Shown here one piece after another: positions 17,340 through 25,895 of a stretch of DNA of 42,830 nucleotides. How positions within the stretch are numbered: the first letter of the stretch is position 1; the number at the start of each line of letters is the position of its first letter. Location of the stretch: IMG/VR virus record IMGVR_UViG_3300045988_095743, positions 1 through 42,830 of that record, one strand, 5' to 3'. Below the pieces are notes generated by a model. It was given only the letters and a program-made list of their open reading frames with translations, did not search any database and was not told the DNA's origin. Source of the DNA: a virus. Made by a program: the position numbers and the translations under genes.

Positions 17340-17864
17340 TTAAGCTGCGTCCGCCGTGAAGGTCACACCGCTATCGCTCTTAGTGACGGTGCCCAGGGTC
17401 CGGTCGCCGCCGTAGGTAATCTCGGTAGCAATGTTCAGGTCGCCGCCGCCATCGCCGCCAATGCTGGTCACAGCCACGGCGCAGCCGGAATAGCGTTCGG
17501 CAAACTTCGCCTGGCCGCTGGTGGCGTAGAAATGGGCGATAAGCATATCCTGGTTGGAGAGCGCCTGGGCGTCGTGATCCTTGACGGCCAGATTCCACAG
17601 CTTTACCGCTGCGGCGTCGCCCGCATCCATGGGAATGGGGTCAAACGTCTGCGTAATGGTAGGCTTCTTCATGGTGGTAAAGGTGTTGCCAAGGATATCC
17701 TGCTTGCTTTCCTGGCTCCAGTCCATCTCGGCGGAAGAATCCTCCACACGCTTACCGATGGCGCTCCACACGGGTGCGGAGGTAGTGCCGGTGTTGAGGT
17801 AAGCGATCAGGAGTTCCCGGGCGATGGTCTGGCCGGAAGTAGTGCTAAATTCCAAATCAGCCAT
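17340..17864 (-). CDS. Major tail protein (174 aa)
   Basis: Position, size and beta-rich composition typical of siphovirus tail-tube proteins. Confidence 0.65.
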   Translation of the reverse strand: MADLEFSTTSGQTIARELLIAYLNTGTTSAPVWSAIGKRVEDSSAEMDWSQESKQDILGNTFTTMKKPTITQTFDPIPMDAGDAAAVKLWNLAVKDHDAQALSNQDMLIAHFYATSGQAKFAERYSGCAVAVTSIGGDGGGDLNIATEITYGGDRTLGTVTKSDSGVTFTADAA

Positions 17865-18340
17865 TATACATTCACCTCGTATGTCAGTTTCATGGGGACG
17901 TAATAGTCCTCGTATTGGTCAGTGGTCGTACCGAGATAGGACGCATATGCCGTCGGCTCGACCCTGAGAGCACGTCTGCCCTCTCCGATATCCGGGCGCT
18001 GTGTCTGCGCCCAGTCCGCAAATTTGTTCAAAACCTCCACGGCGTCCAGCCGTTTTCCATCACTAGCGCCAGGCGGCTCGATCTGGTAGTGAATCTCGAA
18101 AGAGTATTCCGCCTTGTAGCCTCCCAGGATATCCCGGTTGGTGATGGCCGCTCCCTGCACGGAAGACAGCGCCATTCCGACCGTTTTTGCGGCGAAATAC
18201 TCATACTTGATGAGCATGACGTTTTCAGGCATGTCCGGGAACTTATTGGCCCATACCATCATCAGCCGGTCAAGGTCTGCTTTTTCGTTGCTGGAGGCCA
18301 TTTCCCGTGGTTTGCTGCCAATATTCAAATCAAAGCTCAT
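17864..18340 (-). CDS. Tail terminator / head-tail joining protein (158 aa)
   Basis: Position only. Confidence 0.5.
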   Translation of the reverse strand: MSFDLNIGSKPREMASSNEKADLDRLMMVWANKFPDMPENVMLIKYEYFAAKTVGMALSSVQGAAITNRDILGGYKAEYSFEIHYQIEPPGASDGKRLDAVEVLNKFADWAQTQRPDIGEGRRALRVEPTAYASYLGTTTDQYEDYYVPMKLTYEVNV

Positions 18341-18740
18341 GTTTCACCGCCTTGTCTGCGACACGGAGCCACTTTTTCAGATTCTGGTTTTTAGAAGCTT
18401 CAAACCAGTGGGAGCGGGTTCCAGGGTGCCAAAACTTTAGAGCACGCTCAGGCGATGCAAGTACTTTGGTTACTCCTTTGCGGGCGTATGGGCTCTTTGT
18501 TTCCGGGTCTACCATCAGTTTCCCATAGTAGAGATAACGGGCATAAGGCCCCGGATAGATGATCTGGTTCCCAACAACCGTTGTGCGCTGCCGGAGAGAG
18601 CCCTCCCGCATGGGTACAAATGGCTCAGTATCTTTTGCGATTTGTTCCGCTACGATGTGCTCCGCCTTTGTGCATCCCCTTGCGATAGCCTCTTTTATCT
18701 CATCCCAACCGTCAGTATAAACCGTGAATTTCAACGCCAC
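18330..18740 (-). CDS. Head-tail joining protein, HK97 gp10-like / minor-capsid family (136 aa)
   Basis: GTG start right after the upstream TAA. The motif IIYPGPYARYLYYG is recalled from this family. Confidence 0.55.
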   Translation of the reverse strand: MALKFTVYTDGWDEIKEAIARGCTKAEHIVAEQIAKDTEPFVPMREGSLRQRTTVVGNQIIYPGPYARYLYYGKLMVDPETKSPYARKGVTKVLASPERALKFWHPGTRSHWFEASKNQNLKKWLRVADKAVKHEL

Positions 18741-19190
18741 TTAGACACCCCCGCACTCAAAATGCTGCATGCCAGGGCTCCCGTAGTCCATTCGATCCAC
18801 CTTTGTCAGGGTGTAGCTATCATCGTGGGAAAGCGCCTTTGTGAGACTGTCTGCCACATATTCACCTTTGACAAAGACTGTGATGCCGCCGTTTCCTTCA
18901 ACCGAAAGCGTCCACAAACCGGAACGGTCAGCAGCCCCAAAAAACTCCTGCGGGCCTGTATATGTCTTTGGAGATCCTGTGATTCCGTCCACCGCTTCCA
19001 CAGCAAAGGGAATATACAGGTTCACGGCGTCGGCCCCTTCTAGCCCTGTCTTACGGACGTTAGCTCCCTTTGACGCCTGAAGCATAACCCCCCGAAGGAT
19101 AGTCACGTTCAGCGTCTCGACGGGCTGGAAAGTGTCCTTGTCGGTGCCCTGTATGACGTTGTAGATCGTTACAGTGTGGGGAGCGTACAT
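18741..19190 (-). CDS. Head closure-type protein (149 aa)
   Basis: Position only. Confidence 0.5.
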   Translation of the reverse strand: MYAPHTVTIYNVIQGTDKDTFQPVETLNVTILRGVMLQASKGANVRKTGLEGADAVNLYIPFAVEAVDGITGSPKTYTGPQEFFGAADRSGLWTLSVEGNGGITVFVKGEYVADSLTKALSHDDSYTLTKVDRMDYGSPGMQHFECGGV

Positions 19191-19606
19191 CCGCAGCCTC
19201 CTCCCCGATACAACAACCCAGTGTGGGCAAGGTACTCATTGCATGTTGCCGCCAGCAACTTTTTTGCCCCGTCCGTTACGTTGATTGCGGCCAACGCAGA
19301 TTCACCGCCGGTCGCCAAAGTGCGAGAGTATCCACCTACCGTTTCGCTTTTCACGTTATCTCCGTTCGCTGCTTCTACCATTTTTGCAGCGGCAAGCGCC
19401 TGTGCCGCTTCAATGACGGCATACTTGTCAATGAGAGCGCAGCAGCACATTTTTACAGCGTCCAAATCAGCGTTATTTTTTGCCTTGTTGCGAGTGTAAT
19501 AATCGAGGAAGGAGCTGGCCCGAACGGATAGCCGGGGAAAATCCTCATCTTTTGCGGCAGTCCCACAATAAGTGCAGGAGTAATACTCATAGTCGGCGTA
19601 AATCAT
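19169..19606 (-). CDS. Head-tail connector (gp6-like adaptor, 145 aa)
   Basis: First gene after the capsid gene. The N-terminal pattern is typical of adaptors. Confidence 0.55.
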   Translation of the reverse strand: MIYADYEYYSCTYCGTAAKDEDFPRLSVRASSFLDYYTRNKAKNNADLDAVKMCCCALIDKYAVIEAAQALAAAKMVEAANGDNVKSETVGGYSRTLATGGESALAAINVTDGAKKLLAATCNEYLAHTGLLYRGGGCGCTLPTL

Positions 19607-19626
19607 ACGGGTCAGCTCCTTTCAGG

Positions 19627-20838
19627 TCAGGAAACGGTAACGGTAGCGGTGCCGGTCTTACTGCTGTCCTGCTTGGACTTGGCAGTTACGGTGATGCTGG
19701 TGGAAGTCTCGTTGGAGGCCACAGTCAGAACGCCATCCTCGGAAATGGAGGACTTAGCGCCATTCTGGCTCCACTCAACGTTCTCGCTCACGATGCCATC
19801 ACCGGCCACAACGGCGGAAAACGCCTTCTTGTCGCCCTTTGCCATGGTAGCGGTAGCGGGAGAAACGGTCACAGTGGACACGGTGCCCGCCTTTCCATAC
19901 ACAGAGAAGGGGAAGGGGTTGGTGATATCGGCGTTGTAGGCGTTGATGGGGTTGGCGATTTCCCAGCCAAGACGCATGACGGCACGGAGAGCTACCATGT
20001 CGTTCTGCATCAGGTTGTAGGTGATGGCCTTGGTGGTGGGGTCCTGAATAACACCCTCGGTGAAAATCTTGAAGGTCATATCCTGCCGGATAGCGTAGAC
20101 CAACTGGCTCCAGTCGCCAACGATCATCTGAGCCTGGGTGGGGTCAAAGGCGCCATTCATGGGGAAATACATGTCCATGCCATCAAGGCCGTAGCGGGTG
20201 GCTCCCTGCATATCGGACTTAAAGATGGGCTGGCCGGTGGTATCCTTTAGGCCACGCAGCTTGCCACGCATCTGGATGGCGGACATGACGCCGTTGGGAT
20301 TGAAGCCGTCCAGCTCAACCTTGGCAATCAGGCCGTTTTCGCCCATAATGTCGTCAAAAACGCTGGTGCCAACGGGCACGCCATTACCGGCGGCAATAGC
20401 GGAAGGCACAACGCCGTTACGCCAAGTGCTGGGCTTGTTGGTGCCAAACAGGATGGCGGCATCAATAACCTTGCCGAAAGCCTCAGTCAGGCGGGGGCGG
20501 ACCTCACCCCAGATGTCGTAATCGGAGTCATCGAGAACGGCCTCAGGGATGGGGACAATGACGGCGATTTCCTCGGCGTAAATTTTCTTCTTGTCCCACG
20601 CCATCTTAGTGGTCTGCTTCCAGGCGTCACCAGCGCCGCTGTCAGTGGCCTCGCCGTTGACAAAGTAAGCGGAGGGCAGAGCGTCAAGGACGTTGATGGT
20701 CTGGGTCTTGCTGGACATGTTTGCCAGGCGGCGGCCCATACGCAGGACGGCGCTCTCAGCAATAGCTCCCTGCATAATCTCACGAGTTACGGGCTCAGGG
20801 ATCAGGCCGGAAAGTGCGGAACGATCAATAGTTGCCAT
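19627..20838 (-). CDS. Major capsid protein (HK97 fold) with a C-terminal Big_2-like Ig domain (403 aa)
   Basis: Follows the scaffold gene. The last ~85 aa, VTVSPATATMAKGDKKAFSAVV...TVTAKSKQDSSKTGTATVTVS, look like a bacterial Ig-like domain. Confidence 0.85.
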   Translation of the reverse strand: MATIDRSALSGLIPEPVTREIMQGAIAESAVLRMGRRLANMSSKTQTINVLDALPSAYFVNGEATDSGAGDAWKQTTKMAWDKKKIYAEEIAVIVPIPEAVLDDSDYDIWGEVRPRLTEAFGKVIDAAILFGTNKPSTWRNGVVPSAIAAGNGVPVGTSVFDDIMGENGLIAKVELDGFNPNGVMSAIQMRGKLRGLKDTTGQPIFKSDMQGATRYGLDGMDMYFPMNGAFDPTQAQMIVGDWSQLVYAIRQDMTFKIFTEGVIQDPTTKAITYNLMQNDMVALRAVMRLGWEIANPINAYNADITNPFPFSVYGKAGTVSTVTVSPATATMAKGDKKAFSAVVAGDGIVSENVEWSQNGAKSSISEDGVLTVASNETSTSITVTAKSKQDSSKTGTATVTVS

Positions 20839-20849
20839 ATTCTTTCTCC

Positions 20850-21356
20850 TTACTTCACTGCGCTGCGAATCAGACTGTTCATCGCAGCATTTACGTCAAT
20901 TTTCTTCTCACCGCCGCCAGCAGGGGCCGCCCAGTCGATTCTTACCTTCTGGCGATTTTCGGTAAGCTGGTCCACCGCCTGCTCAAAGGTGGTTTTTTCG
21001 TCCACCATTTTCAGAGCTTTAAATGCGATAAACTCAGCTTCTTCGCCAGTCAGGCCCTTGGAAAAAACGTACTTGTCTCGCTTCATCTGCTCAATTTCAG
21101 CCTGTGCGGCGGTCAGAGCGGACTTGCTGTCGGCAAGCTCCTTGTCTCTCTTGGCCTGGCGCTCCTGTTCGGTCTGCTGGCCCTCTCTCCATGTGCGGTA
21201 TGCGGCGATCTCTTCCTCGCTGGGGATACCCTTCATCGCCTTTGCGAGGCGCTTGCCAATCATGGCGTCTACTTCCTCCTGCGTGAAGGTCTTCGCAGGG
21301 GACGGCTCCGGTACGGGGGCCGGGTTCGGATTGGGATTGTTAATGGGTTCGCTCAT
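20850..21356 (-). CDS. Scaffolding protein (DUF4355-like, 168 aa)
   Basis: Pro/Asn-rich N-terminus, then charged helices. Located directly upstream of the capsid gene. Confidence 0.7.
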   Translation of the reverse strand: MSEPINNPNPNPAPVPEPSPAKTFTQEEVDAMIGKRLAKAMKGIPSEEEIAAYRTWREGQQTEQERQAKRDKELADSKSALTAAQAEIEQMKRDKYVFSKGLTGEEAEFIAFKALKMVDEKTTFEQAVDQLTENRQKVRIDWAAPAGGGEKKIDVNAAMNSLIRSAVK

Positions 21357-21420
21357 TTGATTTACCTCCGTTTATTTCCTGGGCCGTCGCCCAGCGGTTT
21401 AACGCCTCTCGGCAAGTGTT

Positions 21421-21467
21421 GATAAAACAAAAGAGCCAACCGGCTACAAATCGTAGTCAGTTGGCTC
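21421..21467 (-). terminator. Hairpin plus T-run inside the late operon
   Basis: GAGCCAAC...GTTGGCTC (21433-21467) with an inner CTAC/GTAG stem, followed on the minus strand by TTTTGTTTTATC. Confidence 0.55.
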
Positions 21468-21490
21468 CTATTGCCCTTCCCTTCGCCCAA

Positions 21491-21625
21491 TTACGCAGGG
21501 GATTGGTATTTTATTTTCTTTTGAACTTCCAGAATCACTACGCCGTCACCTTTTCGCCGGACCTCGGCGTTGTTCCCTCGTTTTAGGATAGCCTCGATGG
21601 CCTGTACCATTTCTTTCTCAATCAT
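21491..21625 (-). CDS. Small hypothetical protein (44 aa)
   Basis: The ATG overlaps the MuF stop (ATGATTGA). Sequence MIEKEMVQAIEAILKRGNNAEVRRKGDGVVILEV... Confidence 0.4.
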   Translation of the reverse strand: MIEKEMVQAIEAILKRGNNAEVRRKGDGVVILEVQKKIKYQSPA

Positions 21626-22814
21626 ACAGCACCATCGTCCTTTCTTTCTGCTCCGGCAGGCCCGCCGCCTTGCTAAACTCCCTGTATTTGGCGTTTAGGC
21701 GGTGCAATTTGGAGTTTGCCGCCGTGGCATCATCCATTAGGTTTGCGGCCTTGTAGCCGTTTTTAAGGCGCTTCTGAGCCCGAATTTGGCGCTCTACACG
21801 ACGCTGCATCTGGGTCGCCTCGTAAGCGGTGTATTTCTTACCGTCAAAGGTGCAGCCAAGGCCGTCGTCAATGTGGGCCAGCTGCTCGTCGGTATAGGTG
21901 CGCTCTGATACGCCCTCGACCCAACTAAACCTTTTATGGCGACAGTTGGCTCCTTCCAGTCCATCCACATACCCAAGCCCGCATACCTCGTAAATGTTGG
22001 GGTAAATATCACCGCTGTGAATGGAATAAACCTTCCCCTGCCAGTCTTTGTGTGAGGACCACGGAGACGGGCCAGGCACATCACGGGCCCCCGCATGGGC
22101 GGAAACTTCAAAATACGGTGTTTCCAGATATTCGGCGGATTGTTCCGTGTACTTTGCGCAAATCTTATTCACGCCAGTCATCACGGCTCTGCGGGCGGCC
22201 ACGTCAATTTGATCTCGATGGCCACTCTCATAGTCAACCACCTTTAGGCCGCTTTCCGCTAGCTGTTTTACGGCGGATTTGATAGCCTGATTGTAGCTGA
22301 TAGCGCCGCTCTGGATTTGCATTACGGCAATATCAAGCGCCCATTGGTAAGCCTTTGCCGGTGGGAGCATTGTCCGCCCTGCGTCTACCAGAAATCCCAT
22401 GGAGGCCGTCAGGTTTCGGAACGTATCCAGCGTTTGCCGCCTGATCGTATCCACCGTGGCGGCGTCCACCAGCGTTTCCGGCTGCGTGACGTGGGCGAGA
22501 TCAATCATTTCGGTGTAGTATTTTTGGTTGCGCTCTACTACATCGTCTAGCAGCTTTTTGAGCTTTTTCTCGCTGATGCCGGAAGTCTGGCGGATGGCCT
22601 TTTCAACCTCTTTGAGATCAATACCGTGCGCTCGCAAAGCCCGGATATCTTGCACCGTTACCTCGTTGAGCTGGTCGGCGGCTTTAAGGCGAGAGCATAT
22701 TTCATCTAAAAGTGTATCTTCAAGGCCTCGATACAACTTTGCCAATTCTTCGGGGAGGGCATCTAGCAGCTCTGGCGTAAAAGGGTACTTTTTCAAGACT
22801 TTTTCTTTTTCCAT
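21618..22814 (-). CDS. Minor head protein, MuF / SPP1 gp7 family (398 aa)
   Basis: Position in the head module. The central region has the pattern typical of the head-morphogenesis family. Confidence 0.75.
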   Translation of the reverse strand: MEKEKVLKKYPFTPELLDALPEELAKLYRGLEDTLLDEICSRLKAADQLNEVTVQDIRALRAHGIDLKEVEKAIRQTSGISEKKLKKLLDDVVERNQKYYTEMIDLAHVTQPETLVDAATVDTIRRQTLDTFRNLTASMGFLVDAGRTMLPPAKAYQWALDIAVMQIQSGAISYNQAIKSAVKQLAESGLKVVDYESGHRDQIDVAARRAVMTGVNKICAKYTEQSAEYLETPYFEVSAHAGARDVPGPSPWSSHKDWQGKVYSIHSGDIYPNIYEVCGLGYVDGLEGANCRHKRFSWVEGVSERTYTDEQLAHIDDGLGCTFDGKKYTAYEATQMQRRVERQIRAQKRLKNGYKAANLMDDATAANSKLHRLNAKYREFSKAAGLPEQKERTMVLYD

Positions 22815-23341
22815 TTAAACGCATACTTAACACCAGCGGCTTTTGCAAATTTGGCATACACATTGTTTGTCGCTTCTGTTTGCGCTTTTCTGCTCGCTGC
22901 CTTGGCCTCCTGCGGACTTTTGTACTTTCCCGCCTTATAATCGGCTGACACTTTATTTGCCGCTTCTCTTACGGCTCGTCGGACATAATTATGATTATAT
23001 GCTAGCGTTTCATAAAATCCCTTGTTGTGAGGCCCAGATAATGTAAACGTTGCATCTCGGCTCTCAATTATGATTGCTTTGGCGCCCGACTTTTGCCACG
23101 TTTCAATATCTTTTAAGGACGGGACGGGAAGAACGCCCTCCGGATGATTGTGTAAAACAATATTCCCTTTATAGTCGGTATCGCCGTATCCTGCGTGTTG
23201 AGCTGTTCCTTGCTCTTTATAGAGCAAATCGCCCGATGGAGCAAATACAAAAAGCTGTTCTTTTTTTAGGTTGGCGATTTTTGCCCTAGCAGCATTTATT
23301 GATGCAAATCCAAAACTTCCGCTTCCTCCTCTTCCGCCCAT
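22793..23341 (-). CDS. JAB/MPN (RadC-like) domain protein with an MGGRGGSGS leader (182 aa)
   Basis: AGGAGG lies 8 nt before the ATG, embedded 46 nt inside the upstream gene. VLHNHPEGVLPVPSLKD resembles the JAMM H-x-H...S-x-x-D motif with one extra residue. Confidence 0.55.
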   Translation of the reverse strand: MGGRGGSGSFGFASINAARAKIANLKKEQLFVFAPSGDLLYKEQGTAQHAGYGDTDYKGNIVLHNHPEGVLPVPSLKDIETWQKSGAKAIIIESRDATFTLSGPHNKGFYETLAYNHNYVRRAVREAANKVSADYKAGKYKSPQEAKAASRKAQTEATNNVYAKFAKAAGVKYAFKWKKKKS

Positions 23342-23958
23342 TTTGCTTTCCTCCTGTTAACAATGCTATCGTAGTGTGGAGCTATGCGTATTACGTTCCA
23401 ATCGCACTCTGGGGGGACCTTCCCATAAAAGATCACCCATTTCGGCAGTAGCCTTTTCATCATTTCCTCATAGCCACGCAAAAACAAGCGGTTGCTTTCC
23501 TTGTTTTTCTGCGTCCCCACCGAGGAAACCGCCACAACACCGCCGACAGGTTCACCGTCAAAGCACCAGTCATAACTATTCTCATCGCTCCATGAGATTG
23601 TCGGATAAACCGTCATTCCGTGGAGCTGCCAGTATGCCGCAAGCCAGTGTTTACGATAGTGATTGTATATCTGCATTGCAAGCGGCATATCTGTGTATGT
23701 GGAAAAATCAGGCGCGCACACCGCCGCAAACTGTGAAAGCTTCGGAATGTACTTATCCGGCGTATTCCAGTGCCGGATAAATTGGTAATCGTCCACAAAG
23801 AAATGTACAATTTTGCTTGCCGGGTCTTTTTCTGCGTAATGGTAATTTACCGGGATAAAATCGCTTTTCGGGTATGCCTTGACCGGCTCAATCTGCGGAA
23901 TGCCGTACTTGCCAACGCCGGAAAATGTAAACTTGTCGAGGTTTTCAAAATTTATCAT
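23296..23958 (-). CDS. DUF4417-like protein (220 aa)
   Basis: The pattern VHFFVDDYQF...PDFS...YRKHWLAAYWQ..G..V.PT.SW is recalled from DUF4417. The region is AT-richer by eye. Confidence 0.6.
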   Translation of the reverse strand: MINFENLDKFTFSGVGKYGIPQIEPVKAYPKSDFIPVNYHYAEKDPASKIVHFFVDDYQFIRHWNTPDKYIPKLSQFAAVCAPDFSTYTDMPLAMQIYNHYRKHWLAAYWQLHGMTVYPTISWSDENSYDWCFDGEPVGGVVAVSSVGTQKNKESNRLFLRGYEEMMKRLLPKWVIFYGKVPPECDWNVIRIAPHYDSIVNRRKAKWAEEEEAEVLDLHQ

Positions 23959-23969
23959 ACAACCTCACA

Positions 23970-24019
23970 ACCTCCAACAAGCAAAATGCCGTAAGATGCA
24001 TTTCTGCACCTTACGGCAT
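23970..24019 (-). terminator. Hairpin plus T-rich run inside the head operon
   Basis: ATGCCGTAAG-14 nt-CTTACGGCAT (23986-24019), then TTTGCTTGTT on the minus strand. Confidence 0.55.
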
Positions 24020-24078
24020 AGCAAGCGCCCGGAATCAAACCGGAACTCCCTCAAACAAAGTGTGCTGCCATTACACCA

Positions 24079-24471
24079 CTACTTGCTACGCCGATTGTAC
24101 CATATTCTTTTCACCCTTGCAACCATCTTCTTTTCTTCGGTTGTAAGGTTCGCATACCCTTTTGTACTGTTATTCTCGTTGTGAATATAGCCGTGGTGGG
24201 TATGCGGGGAAACCTTATCATGCGGTCTGTCTAGGTCTATTTGTTTTGTGCGCTTGTTCTCGACATCATAATATGTAATTGATTTGATATTGTTGTTCTT
24301 GTTCAGCGTTACGTATATGCGCCCACGTGTCATGGTTTCCATTGGCGTTTTCTGCGCACCGTCAACCGCCTTTACAAACTTAATATTGCCAACTTTTAGA
24401 AGCGTTCTAAATTCGCTGCCGTAAGGCTTGCCCTTTACGCTCATGCCGCTACTAGCGCCACGCCCGCCCAT
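24079..24471 (-). CDS. Hypothetical protein with an MGGRGASSG leader and a His cluster (130 aa)
   Basis: The ATG overlaps the portal stop (TAATG). AT-rich. Contains SPHTHHGYIHNE. Confidence 0.65.
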   Translation of the reverse strand: MGGRGASSGMSVKGKPYGSEFRTLLKVGNIKFVKAVDGAQKTPMETMTRGRIYVTLNKNNNIKSITYYDVENKRTKQIDLDRPHDKVSPHTHHGYIHNENNSTKGYANLTTEEKKMVARVKRIWYNRRSK

Positions 24472-25895
24472 TATTCGACCTCATCCTGTTTCTCGTCCAC
24501 CAGCTCTTGCAGCTTCGGAAGCATTTTCCTTGCCGTCGCTTCGTCTTCCCCATACCATTTCATTCGGTATTCAACAAGGCTCATGGCTCCCATGCTTACA
24601 TCCTGCCGGTCCTGCGCCCGCTCGCTTTCGGTATCGGTGATAATCGAATCGTCGAAATTAACCGTAATCACTACATTTTCGTTGAGCCCCGCGTTCATTG
24701 CGGTATTGCCCAGCCGCAGGATCACGCGGCACAGCTCCACAAGCGCCTGCCGCAACACGATTTCGTGTTTTCTGATTGTGCTGAACATGGTGCTGTTTTC
24801 ACTGATAACCTGTGTCGCCGTGGCCATGCTATTGCCGTTAAAACGGTAATAGGTTTCTCCAAAGCCGCACTTGCTAGATAAAAGGTTTAGCTGATCTTGC
24901 AAGCCCACATTGAGCTTATCTGTGCGGAGCTGCGGGGAAATGGGCTCAACAACGCTCCCCTGCTGAGTATCTTCTTCCAGGAGATAAAACCGGCGATCAT
25001 GGGAATCGAGAGACGGCTTCCCATCCTCCCACCTGGTAGCGGGCATTTTTACCGCAAGTAACAGAGGGCCGTTTTCAAACTCGTTGACGTAGCAATCATA
25101 GGCGCTATCCACGCCACGAAGTACATCAATTGCGTTGGCAAATACAGGGATACCCGTCGGGAGAAGGTAATTAAAATTGTTGGCGATGTTAGGACGATCA
25201 ATCACGAACTGCCGCTTATCGCTTCCGGTATGTACCACGGGCGGAATGCGCTCAAACCCGGAAACATCCGTCAACGCAACATCGGACAGGGTTTCGTTTT
25301 CATAGCGGTAAATGCTGTTCTCGATGACGTACAGGCCGTTTGCGTCTTTTCGGTGAATCTGGAGATACAGGTACGTCTTTCCGTGCACCGTTACCACGCT
25401 ATCAAAGGCGCACTCGGAGATAAAGCCATTCCGCCACGCAAGGGGGAAAATATGCTCGATGGTAACGTAATCCAGCTCAATCCCAGTCGCTTCGCCCGGA
25501 ATGGGCTCACCGTCGCTACGGACGCTCTGCCCAATCACTCTAGGAATATAGGCTACCGTGCCAAGAGCGGATTTCATTTCCTGCATCTCGTTTGCCTTAA
25601 CGGAAAAATTATTCTCCGTCAGGATGCGATCAATGAATTCCTGCTCCTTCTGTCCTTCCAGCGTGATCTGGACTTTTTCGTTCATCAGAAGGTTTGCCCA
25701 ATCCTCGCAAACCTTCTTCCCCATGCCAAGCGTCGCCCGTTCGCAGCTCACCCAATCATGGCCGTTATAGCGCTTGTAGCGATGGAACCCCTTGACGTTT
25801 CCCTGATACCAGGACTTCCACACATCAACCTGCGTGTAAAACTCCTCGGGGATCGTGGTATAGCCAAGCTGTTTGAGTTTGTCGATTACCGTCAT
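24471..25895 (-). CDS. Portal protein (SPP1 gp6-like, 474 aa)
   Basis: Follows TerL with an overlapping stop/start. Size and N-terminal pattern are typical of portals. Confidence 0.85.
   Translation of the reverse strand: MTVIDKLKQLGYTTIPEEFYTQVDVWKSWYQGNVKGFHRYKRYNGHDWVSCERATLGMGKKVCEDWANLLMNEKVQITLEGQKEQEFIDRILTENNFSVKANEMQEMKSALGTVAYIPRVIGQSVRSDGEPIPGEATGIELDYVTIEHIFPLAWRNGFISECAFDSVVTVHGKTYLYLQIHRKDANGLYVIENSIYRYENETLSDVALTDVSGFERIPPVVHTGSDKRQFVIDRPNIANNFNYLLPTGIPVFANAIDVLRGVDSAYDCYVNEFENGPLLLAVKMPATRWEDGKPSLDSHDRRFYLLEEDTQQGSVVEPISPQLRTDKLNVGLQDQLNLLSSKCGFGETYYRFNGNSMATATQVISENSTMFSTIRKHEIVLRQALVELCRVILRLGNTAMNAGLNENVVITVNFDDSIITDTESERAQDRQDVSMGAMSLVEYRMKWYGEDEATARKMLPKLQELVDEKQDEVE

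Noticed and set aside
24020-24087. tRNA-Gln(UUG)-like sequence
   Set aside because: An anticodon arm with loop GTTTGAG and a T-arm can be drawn. However, the variable region and position 26 are missing, the T-loop reads TTTGATT (the near-invariant C56 is lost), the acceptor has a mismatch, and the 5' end overlaps the 130-aa CDS. I treat it as a decayed remnant and do not call it.
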